In this document: piece after piece, positions 38,939-50,226 of the stretch
Layout of the letters: every line of letters starts with the position of its first letter
Position numbering within the stretch: the stretch's first letter is position 1
DNA from: Deltaproteobacteria bacterium
GTDB lineage: Bacteria; UBA10199; JACPAL01; JAHFST01
Reading direction: 5' to 3'
Assembly: GCA_023265625.1 (NCBI GenBank)
Contig: JAHFST010000011.1
Location: 36,137 to 100,136, forward strand
DNA length: 64,000 nt
The notes under the pieces: generated by a model
What the model was told of the DNA's origin: nothing
Database searches by the model: none
The model's input: the letters and a program-made list of their open reading frames with translations, nothing else
Made by a program: the position numbers and the translations under genes

Positions 38939-40850
38939 GCTTTGTCAGCCAGTGGCTCCAGGCCGATCCTTCCCTCTTACCAGATGCGCCGCTATTTTCC
39001 AATGGCAGAATCAACCGGTCAATGGCCCGCGTCATGGCGACATACAAGAGCCTTTTTGATTCCAGTTCATCGGCCGCCTTTTGCAGGGCCTCTGCCTCCA
39101 GAAAAGATTCGGACTTTTCCATTTGTTCCAAGAGGCCCTGGCTGTCTGTGGCTCGTTCGGGCAGCAAGATGTCTCCATTGGGAAGTTCCAAGAGCAGGCT
39201 GGGGCTGCCTCGCGGTTTTCCCTTGAGATCGCACAGAAAGACTGTGGAAAACTCCATCCCCTTGGCGCCATGGACCGTGAGGAGCGACACTCCTTGGATT
39301 GTCTGTTCAGGCACAGAGAGCGGGATATAGGTATTCTCACTGGTCAAATCATCTAGGATGCGGATGAGGTCATCACGGGTCTCAATGCCTAAAGGAAGTA
39401 TTCTCTGAATGAGTTGCCGAAGGTCTTCCAAGGCCTCGCGCGAGGCCCCTGTCGGGACCTTTTCGGTCATTTTTTGGAAAAAAAGCTCGAGCCAGGCCTT
39501 GAATTCCAAATCGGGTGTTAATTCGGGTGGGGTCTCCGACACGAGTGACTCGCGCAGGTAGACCTCTTCCAGGGACAGGCCGATAAAAGGGGAGAGCAGG
39601 GTGAGAAGCTGGCTGATCGGCTTGGCCGTGCCATGCACTACTTTTAAAAAGTGGAGTGCCATTTGGACGATAGGCGTTTCGAGGAGCGACCCGCGCGAAC
39701 CCATTTGAAAGGGGATGTGCCGAGAGGTCAGCTGCTGGGCAAACAACGGCATGGCCTTGCGCGTCCGGAAAAGTAGGGCGATTTGGGTGAATGGGATTCC
39801 CTGGGCATGGAGATGCAGGATATGTGCTGCGACCTCCGCCGCTTCCAGTTCACGAAACTCTTGGATGGAAGCGCTGCTGGGAAGCGACAAGACATGTGGA
39901 CAGCTTTGCTGCGCCGTACTGGGACGCGAGGAGATCATGGGTTGATAGTTTGGGAAAAGCCCCTGTCCCACTTGATTGATGAAATGAATAATTTCGGGAG
40001 ACGAACGAAAATTGTGGCCCAGGTAAAACAGCCTTCCTTCCCGCTGGATGTGTTGGGCGGCCTGGTGAAACAAGGCGGCCTCCGCCCCGCGAAACCGGTA
40101 GATGGATTGTTGCGGATCCCCCACGACCACGAGGCGATTCTGGGTAGCGTGCAGCTGGGAGAGGATCCGCCATTGGATGGGATTGATGTCCTGAAATTCA
40201 TCAATCAAGAGGTAATCAAAGTTTTTTTGCCAGCGGGCTCGATGACTTGGGTCTTGCAGGAGCTGGTTGGTTTGGATCTCCAAGTCATTAAAGTCGAGGC
40301 GGTGCTGTTTGCCAATTTGTTTCTTGGCGGCATAGGCCAGGCGAACGGCCGACAGGGGGTTGGGGAAGGGAAACCGACAAGAGGGCTTTGGCAGTAGTTC
40401 CATGAGTATCTTGACGGTGCGGTGAAACCCGAACTCTTCCACGAGCGAGAGTGTTTGCTCTTCTCCGGCCTCGAGGAGTTCCAGCAGCGTCTTTCTCGTG
40501 GTTTGCACCTGTTCCAGGCGCGCCAAAAAATCCTCCAAGATGGTGAATTCATCGGCTGGATTTTGCTCGCGCAGCAGGCGGGCGCAGAACCCGTGCATGG
40601 TGCCGATGTACGCCTCCTTCAGGCTGGTTTGGGTGACGTGCAGTCGTTTTGCCAAACGGCGACGCAGTTCCTCGGCGGCCTTTTCCGTAAAAGTCGTGAC
40701 TAAGATTCGTGGCAACGGGATGTTCCGTTGTTGCACCAGCCAGGCGATTTTTTCCACCAACACCAGGGTTTTTCCCGAGCCGGCGGCGGCCACAATGACG
40801 GCATTGCCGTCAAACTCCACGGCTTCTTGTTGGGTGGTGGTTAATTTCAT
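38922..40850 (-). CDS. UvrD/AddA-like SF1 helicase lacking a C-terminal nuclease
   Basis: AAAGSGKT, DEFQD, GDPQQSIYRFRGA, NFRS, TVHGAKGMEF, RLLYVAMTRA. Confidence 0.9.
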   Translation of the reverse strand: MKLTTTQQEAVEFDGNAVIVAAAGSGKTLVLVEKIAWLVQQRNIPLPRILVTTFTEKAAEELRRRLAKRLHVTQTSLKEAYIGTMHGFCARLLREQNPADEFTILEDFLARLEQVQTTRKTLLELLEAGEEQTLSLVEEFGFHRTVKILMELLPKPSCRFPFPNPLSAVRLAYAAKKQIGKQHRLDFNDLEIQTNQLLQDPSHRARWQKNFDYLLIDEFQDINPIQWRILSQLHATQNRLVVVGDPQQSIYRFRGAEAALFHQAAQHIQREGRLFYLGHNFRSSPEIIHFINQVGQGLFPNYQPMISSRPSTAQQSCPHVLSLPSSASIQEFRELEAAEVAAHILHLHAQGIPFTQIALLFRTRKAMPLFAQQLTSRHIPFQMGSRGSLLETPIVQMALHFLKVVHGTAKPISQLLTLLSPFIGLSLEEVYLRESLVSETPPELTPDLEFKAWLELFFQKMTEKVPTGASREALEDLRQLIQRILPLGIETRDDLIRILDDLTSENTYIPLSVPEQTIQGVSLLTVHGAKGMEFSTVFLCDLKGKPRGSPSLLLELPNGDILLPERATDSQGLLEQMEKSESFLEAEALQKAADELESKRLLYVAMTRAIDRLILPLENSGASGKREGSAWSHWLTKHAAQR

Positions 40851-41773
40851 GACATCCCCGGGTGGCAATAAAAACGCAACGGACAACTGATGTGGCAGGG
40901 CTGTGCATTTGGTTGAAAGCTTCCCCGCCGGATTTTTTGCACACATTCAGTCAATGATTGCAGGATCGCCTGGAAGGAGTCGTCCCATTTGGCGCCCGGT
41001 ACGACCGAGCTGCTCCGGGGGTGAAAAGTCAATGAATCGGGGACTCGCTCGGCATGGATCAGGCCGTCTTTTTTGCTCATGTCCGAAAAATGGTAGTAGA
41101 GCCCCCCGATGGGCTCGTAATCGGGCAGCAGCAATTGTTGCACCGCCAGGATGTACAGGGGGATTTGAAAGGATTCGCCGCGGAGGATCTGTTTGCCGGA
41201 GATATGAGTCGATCCCGTCTTGTAGTCAATGACCAGAAAGCGTTTCTTGCGTTCATCCACATCGATCCGATCAATCCGCCCTGCGATTTGCAGCGAGGAT
41301 CCGTCGGGGAGTCGGAGTTGGAGTGGGTGGGTGCCCCTGCCAAAACTCCATTCAAAATGGCGCGGTCTGAGTTCAAAGTTTCCTGCCTCTTGTTCGAGAA
41401 AGCTTTGTAGGGAACGTAACACCTGGCCCTGTTGCCGCATTAATAATGGTTTGGACGCGTTGGAACGATGCGCCGCCTCGCGAGCGAAAACCTGGCGGGC
41501 GTCTTGTTCAAGCTGTTCCTGGATGGATGTAGTTAGCCCGTGTTGATATAAGAGTGGTCCTGAACGTTTCATGAACACTTCCAGGATGCGATGGATGATT
41601 TTTCCTAGCTCGGCGGCGGTGAGCTCCACCTCTGGCTCCGGTTCGGTTCGAACTTTCAGGACGGACTCGGAAAAGAATTTGACGGGACAGCGCCCAAAAT
41701 TGTCCAATTCGGTCGGGGTAAATTGGTGATGGGCGAGCCACTTCTGATATTTTTCCTGGGCCTCTGGGGTCAT
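40847..41773 (-). CDS. AddB-like PD-(D/E)XK nuclease domain protein with Fe-S Cys
   Basis: CP..FF, G.IIH..LE, GRIDRID, VIDYKTG, Q..LY, C-terminal C...CP....C. Confidence 0.85.
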   Translation of the reverse strand: MTPEAQEKYQKWLAHHQFTPTELDNFGRCPVKFFSESVLKVRTEPEPEVELTAAELGKIIHRILEVFMKRSGPLLYQHGLTTSIQEQLEQDARQVFAREAAHRSNASKPLLMRQQGQVLRSLQSFLEQEAGNFELRPRHFEWSFGRGTHPLQLRLPDGSSLQIAGRIDRIDVDERKKRFLVIDYKTGSTHISGKQILRGESFQIPLYILAVQQLLLPDYEPIGGLYYHFSDMSKKDGLIHAERVPDSLTFHPRSSSVVPGAKWDDSFQAILQSLTECVQKIRRGSFQPNAQPCHISCPLRFYCHPGMS

Positions 41774-42462
41774 GATCTTTTTCTCTGCCTTTTTTGCCGC
41801 ATGATTTGAAAGGCCGGAAATAAAACCAGTCCCACGATGAAGCCTCCAATATGCGCATAGTAAGCCTCCCCACTCGTCTCTTGCAAGTGAGAGAATCGGG
41901 CGGAAATAACTTGGAGGAGGAACCACCCACCGAGCACAAGCCAGGCGGGCAGGATGACGCTGCGCAGGAAATAAAAAATGGGCACGAAGACCCCAATCTT
42001 GGCCCTGGGTGAATAACGCATATAAGCGCCTAACACACCCGCGATGGCCCCGGAGGCGCCGATAATCGGGATGCGCGAGGAGAAATTGGCATACACCTGA
42101 AACAGGATAGAACAGACGCCGCAGAGCAAGTAGAAAAATAGGAAACGCATCCGGCCCGTTTGGCTTTCCACGGTATTCCCAAAGATCCAGAGATAGAGCA
42201 TATTGCCCAAGAGATGTAGCAGTCCGCCGTGGAGAAACTGAGCCGTCATGAGCGTGAAGACGGGCGGCGGGCCGATTGACTTTAACAGATTTTGCCCGAG
42301 TTTAAATTCCAAGGGGATAGCGGCGTATTGGTAGAGAAATGGGATGGAGGCCGTTTGGGGAAGCGTGATTTGATAGCCGAAAACGGCGATATTGATCAGG
42401 ATGAGCAAAAGGGTCATCCAAGGAAAGGAGCGGGGGGAGTTAAGATCCTTGTAAGGAATCAT
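41770..42462 (-). CDS. Rhomboid-family intramembrane serine protease
   Basis: FLHGG..HL.GNM, GASGAI, AHIGGF. Confidence 0.93.
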   Translation of the reverse strand: MIPYKDLNSPRSFPWMTLLLILINIAVFGYQITLPQTASIPFLYQYAAIPLEFKLGQNLLKSIGPPPVFTLMTAQFLHGGLLHLLGNMLYLWIFGNTVESQTGRMRFLFFYLLCGVCSILFQVYANFSSRIPIIGASGAIAGVLGAYMRYSPRAKIGVFVPIFYFLRSVILPAWLVLGGWFLLQVISARFSHLQETSGEAYYAHIGGFIVGLVLFPAFQIMRQKRQRKRS

Positions 42463-43150
42463 GCGCGTCTTCTGCCACTTTCAGGTCCTGAGGCGTATCT
42501 ATTTCGTACCAACGGGATCCGGAGAGATCGGCAATGCGTGGTGGTGTTCCCTGGTCCGCCAATTGTTGCAAGACCTCTTCCACGGAGGCCTCGGGTCGTT
42601 GGGTGCAAACGAGGTCGAAGGCTTGCAGATAGTTTGCCAAACTGTCTTGGTTGACCAAGGTCATGCCGATATAGCCACCGTTAAAAGCGGCTAATTTTTT
42701 ATGGATCGACTTGATTTGTCCCTTAGGTTCTTCCCAGACCTTCATATCGTCCGCGACTAGGTCCCGGTCAAAATCGCAGGCGGCCACGACACCGGACCTG
42801 TGTTGTAGTAGTTGAGACAGAAATGTTTTTGGATAGATGTGGTCGGCATTCATCAATAGGAAGCCGTCATTGAGATGCTGGCGAGCTGTTTTGAGTGTGA
42901 CGATATTTCCTGAATGAAAATCTTTGTTTTGCAGCAAGGTAATGTCGGGTCGTTTTTTTAGGTATTGCGCAAAAGTCTCAAACTCAAAGCCACCCACGAT
43001 AATAATTTCCTCCCATTCGGCCCCAGCCAAAAAATCGAGGGTGTATTCCAAAAGGGGACGACCGGAAATGTCTAACAATGCTTTGGGGAGTTGTTCGGTC
43101 TTGTTTCCCAGACGAGTCCCGCGGCCTGCCGCTAGCACAATGGCCTTCAT
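42440..43150 (-). CDS. Nucleotidyltransferase (LicC/IPCT-like cytidylyltransferase)
   Basis: LAAGRGTRL...PKAL, NADH, WYEIDT..DL. Confidence 0.8.
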   Translation of the reverse strand: MKAIVLAAGRGTRLGNKTEQLPKALLDISGRPLLEYTLDFLAGAEWEEIIIVGGFEFETFAQYLKKRPDITLLQNKDFHSGNIVTLKTARQHLNDGFLLMNADHIYPKTFLSQLLQHRSGVVAACDFDRDLVADDMKVWEEPKGQIKSIHKKLAAFNGGYIGMTLVNQDSLANYLQAFDLVCTQRPEASVEEVLQQLADQGTPPRIADLSGSRWYEIDTPQDLKVAEDAHDSLQGS

Positions 43151-43776
43151 AAGATGCGTTTGAGTTCGGACAGATTTTTGATCGACTGGGAGCCCGGATG
43201 GGCCTGTTCGAATTCTTGTTTTGAAAAAAGTCCCTCTTTGCCGATGAAGTCAATATTGGATCCGTAAGCGGCTTTCGCATCGTGGAGCGAGTCACCCACA
43301 AAAATCATGGCCTTGGGATCAATGTGAAATTCTTCGGAGATTTTATTGAAATGAGGGGCCCCTTTGACAAAGTTGGGGCGGTAGCCCAGCACCAGGTCAC
43401 AGTCGAGGCGCTTTTGCGCCAAAAATTCCGTCAAAATCTCTTGTTGATTGCCGGAAGAAATAACCACCTTGAAGCCCTTGCCCTTAAGGTACTTAATCGT
43501 ATCGTGGGTGTCCTGATAAAAAGAACGCTGAAAATAGTGGAGTTGTTTCTTTGTCTCAAAGGATTCAGCCGCTTCGGAATTACGCGAGTCTCCCGGGAAA
43601 ATGACTTCCAGTTGTTTGGCAAAAGGGAGTCCGGAGGTTTCACGATAGCGTTGCTGGCCTTCGTCAGATGGCATCTGATAGAAATCAAACATGATTTGAC
43701 TGGCCCATTCCGTCAACTGGTCCATCGAGTCGACCAGGGTGCCGTCAAAGTCAAAAATACAGACCTTCTTTTGCAT
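43147..43776 (-). CDS. HAD-family hydrolase
   Basis: FDFDGTLVDS; VGDS.HD. Confidence 0.9.
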   Translation of the reverse strand: MQKKVCIFDFDGTLVDSMDQLTEWASQIMFDFYQMPSDEGQQRYRETSGLPFAKQLEVIFPGDSRNSEAAESFETKKQLHYFQRSFYQDTHDTIKYLKGKGFKVVISSGNQQEILTEFLAQKRLDCDLVLGYRPNFVKGAPHFNKISEEFHIDPKAMIFVGDSLHDAKAAYGSNIDFIGKEGLFSKQEFEQAHPGSQSIKNLSELKRIL

Positions 43777-43835
43777 AGTGGGTAGGAACTAACAGACGGG
43801 GTTCTATCTTGTAAAGGAGCTTTTCTTGGCAATCC

Positions 43836-45317
43836 CTACTTGTTCATCTGGTACACTTTCGCGAAATATCCTTCGCTGTTTTCTACCCCGAAGGTTCCGA
43901 TTATCGTGCCATGTTGAAAAGCATAGCTGCTGATTTTTTCACTAGGAGACCAGCGGCCGACGATGATGAAATCGGCGCTGCGGATTGTTCCTTCGTAAGC
44001 CTCCTGGTTGAGGGGCACTCCATCGGGCATGAATTGGCGCAGTCTTAGGTCTGCTCGCCGCATCAGGCAAAAGCTGGGGTCTGGAATCGCGGAAACCATC
44101 ACCAAGGATCCGGGAGTAAGAAGCTCGGCGATCGGAGCGCACCAGCTATGGTAATCCGTTACGCTCTTCCTTTGTCTCACCTGCGTTTGGTAGAGATCAA
44201 GAGCTCGATGAATATTATTGAATGCGACGTAGCTGATTAAGACTGCTAACAGTATCCTCAATAAGATTCTTTGCGGGACATTTTGCAGTCTTTGAAGCGA
44301 CGTCCAAGTGAGGACAAGACCGATCGACATAAGTGGAAGAGGATAAAGGGCATACCACATCTCATGGCTCCACATCATCAAGGCCAAAAGTAGCAAGTAG
44401 CTAACAAACAACCACAGGCAGCGTCTCTCTCTGTTAGGTTCAGTCCAAAAACCAATGCCAGCGATGCCCCAGAGCACCATGGTTGCGCCATCGATACCGA
44501 TTCCTTGCCATTCTCTAAAAAAACGGTTTGTGAACCAAAGGGTGGCGGGTCGGTTTGATTTGCGCGCTAATTGAGCGCCAAATTGAGCGATGAAACTGGC
44601 GGGATCTTTGAGGATAAAAATAAGCCACGGCAGAGCAGTGAAAGCAAGACCGCTGATGAGGCAAGTGAGCCATCGTCTCTTGTGGGAAGAAGGTTGAAGA
44701 AGAACCATGGTAATGACCAAAAGGGGGGTAAAAAAAACCATGGGATGCGTCATGGCTGCCAGGCTGGCGGCGACGCCGGCCCCGAAATAGGTGAGCGAAT
44801 TAGGGCATGGTAGCGTGATCCAATCCAATGAGAGTAAAAAAAAGGTTAGGGCCATCATATCCATGCGTCCGATCGAGGCCCCTTGGAGGAAGAAGAAATT
44901 CAAGGCCAAAAAACTCACGGGTAGACAGGCTAGCGAGGCAGGAAGTCCCCCGCGCCGACTGAGTCGGTAAGTGAGAAGCAGGACGGCCCAGGCGTAGCCG
45001 CAGGAAACGCCACGCATGAGTTCCACGCTGGCCGAGGTTAGACGGAAAACCAGGGAAAGAAAAATAAAATAACCGGGAGGCATCCAATAGGTACGCTCTG
45101 CGATATGGGGTAGGAATCCGGTAAGGGTTTTGGTGCCGAGCGTCCCATACCTCATGAAATCAAGGGCCGGATCCGCGAATAAAACCTCGTCTGGCCAGAC
45201 GGGGGGGAGTCGCAACCACAACAGAAAAAGCATGAGAATCCAGTAGCCGACCGCCACGGCACATAGGAGAGGTAAAAAAAAATTATTTGGTAATTTGCTT
45301 CCTTGAATAGAGAACAT
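43836..45317 (-). CDS. ArnT/GT-C-like multi-TM glycosyltransferase
   Basis: WPDE motif after TM1, YWMPP.Y, R.D; many TM segments. Confidence 0.7.
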   Translation of the reverse strand: MFSIQGSKLPNNFFLPLLCAVAVGYWILMLFLLWLRLPPVWPDEVLFADPALDFMRYGTLGTKTLTGFLPHIAERTYWMPPGYFIFLSLVFRLTSASVELMRGVSCGYAWAVLLLTYRLSRRGGLPASLACLPVSFLALNFFFLQGASIGRMDMMALTFFLLSLDWITLPCPNSLTYFGAGVAASLAAMTHPMVFFTPLLVITMVLLQPSSHKRRWLTCLISGLAFTALPWLIFILKDPASFIAQFGAQLARKSNRPATLWFTNRFFREWQGIGIDGATMVLWGIAGIGFWTEPNRERRCLWLFVSYLLLLALMMWSHEMWYALYPLPLMSIGLVLTWTSLQRLQNVPQRILLRILLAVLISYVAFNNIHRALDLYQTQVRQRKSVTDYHSWCAPIAELLTPGSLVMVSAIPDPSFCLMRRADLRLRQFMPDGVPLNQEAYEGTIRSADFIIVGRWSPSEKISSYAFQHGTIIGTFGVENSEGYFAKVYQMNK

Positions 45318-45434
45318 ATAAAAACTCGATTTTATTATATAAATGAGTTTTTCTGTGAAAGGAAATGATTGTTTTTTTAACGGGAGACATTGTAATTGAT
45401 AACAAGAGGGGGCAAGTTGTTTTCAAAGATTTCG

Positions 45435-47201
45435 ATGAAAAAAATCGCTGGGTTATTTGATCATAGTCCTTTTCTTATTTTATTTATCCTAAGCAGCCTG
45501 TTGCTCTTTAAGGGGCTCGATCATACTCTTTTTTGGCAAGATGAGGGGCATGTGGCCGTGCTGGCGCGGAGGATTCTCCAATTTGGCTATCCTAAGGTTT
45601 GGGATGGACGCAACCTATTGACGGGTATGGATGGGCTTGATTTTAACCGAAACTATGTCCTGACTTGGGACGGGTGGTTCCCTTATTATCTCGTGGCCGC
45701 TTCATTTCGTTTGTTAGGGGAGTCCACCTTTGCGGGTCGGTTCCCTTTTGTCCTTTGTGCGCTGGCAACGTTACCCTTATTTTATGGTTTTGTGCTTCGC
45801 TTGACCCGTCGTCGCATTACTGCCTTTTTGTCGGTTTTTTTTATGGTGGGTTCCATTATGTTTTTGTTGCATAGTCGGCAATGTCGTTACTACGCGGTAC
45901 TGCCGCTCGGTGTTGTCATCGTTTTTTGGGGATTGTGGTGTTTGCCGATGCGTCGCGGCCTATTTCTTACCTCCCTTGGTTTCGTGCTTCTTTATTATTC
46001 CAATCTGGTTTCATTCGCATGCTGCTATTTTTCTGTACTGTTTATACCTTTGGTGTTGGGGTGGAATTCAGCTAAAGTTAGGGCTTTCCTGGTTGCCAGT
46101 GTGGCCGTCTTTTTATTAACGGCGCCATTTTTTCTTTATGCAGACATGTTGCACAAATCTGGGACGCGAGCTCCGGTTGTTTGGAATGAATGTATTGGCA
46201 CCATGTTGGGAAATTTGGTTTTTATCAATAAGTTCTATGTCCCCCTACTTTTACTGTTCATCGCGCATTTTTATTACAAGCGTCGGCCTCATTTGAAGGG
46301 GGGGCAATATTTTCGTATTGGCCTCGTTTTTCTCTTGGTGCCAGTTGTTCTGATCGCATTTGTTTTAGGGCCAACGGTAAGATACATTTATCACATTTTT
46401 CCAATCGCAGCGTTCTTAACGGCATTGTTTTTGGTGGATATATGGAAGGAGAAAAGATTGGCAGCCATTGTTCTTTTTTTGCTTATTATTTTTACACATG
46501 CCCTCGATTATCTTCCTTTTAAAGCGGTATTTTTGGCCGGAGATATTTTGCAGCAAGTTGTTCCTGCTCCAGCGGTTAAAGCATTGCGTTATGTCTATGA
46601 TCAATATTCTTCAGTGGATGATGAGGAAGGGCCCTATAGGGCATTTGATAAGAAAGAGAGTCATGCTCAAATGCTCCGTTTTTATCGAGAACTGCATATT
46701 CCGACTTTTCAAGAACGTTTCTGGCGTTTGGAGTATAGGAGCTATTGGGATGAAATTACCCATCCATTCCCAGACAACCTTCCCGTGGTGAGCCAGTTTC
46801 TTCGTGAAAATGGCAAGCCAGATGATGGGGTTTATCTCAACGTAGGGCAGTGCCCGATGCTTTTTTATAATCCGGATGTGAGATTGGTGTATAGCATGAC
46901 GCTTCCCAAAAAAGTTAATAACGATGCTGATCCGCTTGACCCAGCTCAGTGGCAATGGGAGGCGATGACTTGGTTTATGCCTCGTCCTTTTAGTCAGAGT
47001 CGCGGGCCTTTTCTGACAGACGGAGAATTTTTCAATCTGGTTGCCTCCAAGGGTTGGAGAGTGGCCACTCACCAACTGAATGTTCCTGCTCACCTTTGGG
47101 ATGGTAACTGGCCCGAGCGGTATAGGATTTACCGGACATTGCATGGTGAATACCCCATGCCCCGCCAAGAACCTCAGGTTATCTATCAGGTATTACGTTA
47201 A
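45435..47201 (+). CDS. ArnT/PMT-like GT-C membrane glycosyltransferase
   Basis: FWQDE, GESTFAGR.PF, SRQCRYY; many TM segments. Confidence 0.72.
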   Translation: MKKIAGLFDHSPFLILFILSSLLLFKGLDHTLFWQDEGHVAVLARRILQFGYPKVWDGRNLLTGMDGLDFNRNYVLTWDGWFPYYLVAASFRLLGESTFAGRFPFVLCALATLPLFYGFVLRLTRRRITAFLSVFFMVGSIMFLLHSRQCRYYAVLPLGVVIVFWGLWCLPMRRGLFLTSLGFVLLYYSNLVSFACCYFSVLFIPLVLGWNSAKVRAFLVASVAVFLLTAPFFLYADMLHKSGTRAPVVWNECIGTMLGNLVFINKFYVPLLLLFIAHFYYKRRPHLKGGQYFRIGLVFLLVPVVLIAFVLGPTVRYIYHIFPIAAFLTALFLVDIWKEKRLAAIVLFLLIIFTHALDYLPFKAVFLAGDILQQVVPAPAVKALRYVYDQYSSVDDEEGPYRAFDKKESHAQMLRFYRELHIPTFQERFWRLEYRSYWDEITHPFPDNLPVVSQFLRENGKPDDGVYLNVGQCPMLFYNPDVRLVYSMTLPKKVNNDADPLDPAQWQWEAMTWFMPRPFSQSRGPFLTDGEFFNLVASKGWRVATHQLNVPAHLWDGNWPERYRIYRTLHGEYPMPRQEPQVIYQVLR

Positions 47202-47246
47202 ATAACTCTTATTGATTATTGATTTTCATCTTGGGATAAGACTTAA

Positions 47247-47972
47247 ATGAAAAGAATATTGGTGGTCATTCCAACCTATAATGAGTGTGCGAATATTCAG
47301 TTTGTTGTCAAAGCAGTGTTGGCGGCTGGCTTGCAATATGAAGTGTTGATTGTGGATGACAACAGTCCCGATGGGACTGGACAGATTGCAGATGACCTGT
47401 CCGCTCAGGAATCTCGGATTCATGTTTTGCATCGTCCGTATAAAGAGGGGCTTGGCAAGGCGTATCTTGCAGCTTTTCAATGGGCTCTTTCGCGTCCCTA
47501 TGAGTATATTTTTGAAATGGATGCGGATTTTTCGCATGATCCAAAGTACCTGACCCATTTTCTTGAAGCCATGGAGCAGGGCGCGGATCTTTGTTTGGGA
47601 TCGCGCCGCATCAAAGGTGGGGGGGTGTTGGATTGGGGGTTAGGTAGGAAGCTGCTCTCTGCGGGTGGTAGTTTTTATGCACGGCTCATTTTAGGAATTG
47701 ATGTACGTGATCTTACCAGTGGCTTTAAGTGTTTCCATCGCAAAGTACTTGAGTCTATTAACCTTAATGAGGTGAAAAGTTCCGGTTATGCCTTTCAGAT
47801 CGAACTGACCTATCGGGCCATCCTTAAAGGCTTTAAAGTCTTAGAGGTTCCTATTATTTTTGAAGATCGTCGGATAGGGAAGAGTAAGATGAGTCGTAAA
47901 ATATTTTTAGAGGCTGTGTTCATGGTTTGGCGACTTCGTTTTGGGGGCTTGCTCGGGAGGATTGCTACATGA
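47247..47972 (+). CDS. Polyprenol-phosphate glycosyltransferase (Dpm1-like GT2)
   Basis: IPTYNE..NI, VDDNSPDGT, MDADFSH.P, DLTSGFK, GYAFQIE. Confidence 0.92.
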   Translation: MKRILVVIPTYNECANIQFVVKAVLAAGLQYEVLIVDDNSPDGTGQIADDLSAQESRIHVLHRPYKEGLGKAYLAAFQWALSRPYEYIFEMDADFSHDPKYLTHFLEAMEQGADLCLGSRRIKGGGVLDWGLGRKLLSAGGSFYARLILGIDVRDLTSGFKCFHRKVLESINLNEVKSSGYAFQIELTYRAILKGFKVLEVPIIFEDRRIGKSKMSRKIFLEAVFMVWRLRFGGLLGRIAT

Positions 47973-49297
47973 CGCCTCGCTTAGCCATTATAGGTGCAGG
48001 CTATGTGGGATTAGTGACGGGTTGCTGTTTCTCTCACATGGGTTATCAGGTGACACTCGTTGAAAATTCCTTAGGTAAATTGGAGTTGTTGCAACAAGGC
48101 CATTGCCCTATCTACGAAGTAGGGCTGTCAGAATTATTAGAGGAGGGTTTGTCGACAAGTAGGGTCGTATTTCTTCCATCTATTAAAAAGTTACTCGCGG
48201 AACAGACAGTCGATTTTATTTTTTTAGCGGTGGGGACGCCTTCACTTTTTGATGGAATGACGGATACGTCTTATTTGCTTGATGCGGTACAGGAGCTTTT
48301 GGAGCATATTAAGTCAGCCGTGACCCTTGTTATTAAGAGCACCGTTCCCGTTGGAACAGCGAGTCAAATCAAGAAGTTGATACGTGAAAAGAATCTAAAG
48401 TATCCTGTTGAAGTTGTCAGCAATCCTGAGTTTTTAAGAGAGGGTCGGGCCGTACAAGATTTTCTTCGGCCCGATCGTGTGGTTATTGGGTCTGAAAGCG
48501 TTACTGTTAGTGAGCAGGTAGCTGGACTCTATCGAACTTTAGAGCGGCAAGGACATAAGACTATTTTGACCTCTAATGAGGAAGCGGAAATGGCCAAATA
48601 CGCCTGTAATGTCATGCTGGCGAGTCGCATTACGACCATGAATCAGATTGCCAGATTGTGCGAAAAACTAAAAATTAATGTTCATAAGATTAGAGAAGTG
48701 GTGGGGTCTGACAGCCGGATTGGCAGTGAATATTTATACCCGGGGTTGGGTTATGGTGGGAGTTGTTTGCCGAAGGATGTGAGCTCATTTATTTTACAGT
48801 GTGAGGCTCAATCGGCCGATGCGTCGTTTGTGATGGCCATTCATCAGTTTAATGAGAAACAAAAATGCTATTTTTTAAACTTAATTCGAGAGGAATTTCC
48901 CAATGCTGAAAATATCAAGATTGGGGTCCTAGGTTTGGCATTTAAGGCGGACACGGATGATGTGAGAGAGTCAGTGGCAGTCACGCTCATTCCTAACCTG
49001 GTAGCCGAGGGGTATCGCGTAAAAGTGCATGACCCAAAGGCGGTTGGCAATTTTTCAATAGTGATGGGCTCTAGGGAGCAAGGTAAAATTACGTACTGTG
49101 AGAGCGCTTTAGCGGCTATCCAAGACGTTGATGCTCTATTAGTCCTCACCGAGTGGCAGGAGTATAGAAGGCTCACGCCAGAATTTTTTGCCCAGCATAT
49201 GAGGGGGAAAGTTATTTTTGATGGGCGCAATATGTTTGAGCGAAAATTATTTATGCAGCATGGTTTTAAAATTAAAGGGATTGGGTGGGATACATGA
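47969..49297 (+). CDS. ugd: UDP-glucose 6-dehydrogenase
   Basis: [41 protein letters not shown]. Confidence 0.93.
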   Translation: MTPRLAIIGAGYVGLVTGCCFSHMGYQVTLVENSLGKLELLQQGHCPIYEVGLSELLEEGLSTSRVVFLPSIKKLLAEQTVDFIFLAVGTPSLFDGMTDTSYLLDAVQELLEHIKSAVTLVIKSTVPVGTASQIKKLIREKNLKYPVEVVSNPEFLREGRAVQDFLRPDRVVIGSESVTVSEQVAGLYRTLERQGHKTILTSNEEAEMAKYACNVMLASRITTMNQIARLCEKLKINVHKIREVVGSDSRIGSEYLYPGLGYGGSCLPKDVSSFILQCEAQSADASFVMAIHQFNEKQKCYFLNLIREEFPNAENIKIGVLGLAFKADTDDVRESVAVTLIPNLVAEGYRVKVHDPKAVGNFSIVMGSREQGKITYCESALAAIQDVDALLVLTEWQEYRRLTPEFFAQHMRGKVIFDGRNMFERKLFMQHGFKIKGIGWDT

Positions 49298-50226
49298 GGA
49301 TTATTGTTACAGGGGCGGCAGGCTTTATTGGGTACCACTTGTGTCTCACTCTGCTGCACGCAGGGCATGAGGTCATTGGGATTGATAATTTTTACACTGG
49401 GAGCAAGGGGAATATTGAGGAACTGGGTAAGTTGCCTGGCTTTCAATTTATTGAGTCCGATGTTCGCCATGAGATAGATGACGATGGTTCCTCTATTGGG
49501 CAGATTTATCATTTAGCGTGTCCGGCGTCTCCCGTGTATTATCAGAAGGATCCTCTTTTTACGTTAGATACATGTTATCTGGGCACGAGGAATGTTTTGG
49601 AATTCGCCCGTAAAAAAAGCGCGGGTGTGTTGATTGCATCAACCTCTGAAATATACGGTGATCCAGATGTTCACCCTCAAGAGGAAATGTATCGAGGCCG
49701 AGTCAATACTTGGGGGCCTCGTTCTTGTTATGATGAAGGGAAGCGCATTGCCGAATCGTTGGCCTTTGAATATCAAAATTGTTTTAGTGTTAAAGTTAGG
49801 GTGGCGCGGATATTCAATACTTACGGTCCAAACATGAATAGGGCCGACGGTCGTGTCATGACCAATCTGATTTTAAGCGCCTTGCAAAAAAAACCGATGA
49901 CTATTTATGGAACAGGAAGACAAACAAGAAGTTTTTGTTTCATATCGGATCAGATAGAGGGCCTTATTCAATTGATGAATTCGTCATGTAATTTTCCGGT
50001 TAATTTGGGAAATCCGGAGGAGGTGAGTATTTTAGAGGTTGCTCATATTATTAAAGAGTTGACTCACAGCGACTCGTCTTATGAATTTTATCCGCTCCCG
50101 GTGGATGATCCTCGGATGCGATGCCCAGATATCACAAGGGCGAAACAACTTCTTCAATGGTCGCCGCAAGTATCATTGCGTCAGGGCCTAGAGAAAATGA
50201 TACGTTATTATGAACAGCCCCTCTGA
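49294..50226 (+). CDS. uxs: UDP-glucuronate decarboxylase (UDP-xylose synthase)
   Basis: [53 protein letters not shown]. Confidence 0.88.
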   Translation: MRIIVTGAAGFIGYHLCLTLLHAGHEVIGIDNFYTGSKGNIEELGKLPGFQFIESDVRHEIDDDGSSIGQIYHLACPASPVYYQKDPLFTLDTCYLGTRNVLEFARKKSAGVLIASTSEIYGDPDVHPQEEMYRGRVNTWGPRSCYDEGKRIAESLAFEYQNCFSVKVRVARIFNTYGPNMNRADGRVMTNLILSALQKKPMTIYGTGRQTRSFCFISDQIEGLIQLMNSSCNFPVNLGNPEEVSILEVAHIIKELTHSDSSYEFYPLPVDDPRMRCPDITRAKQLLQWSPQVSLRQGLEKMIRYYEQPL

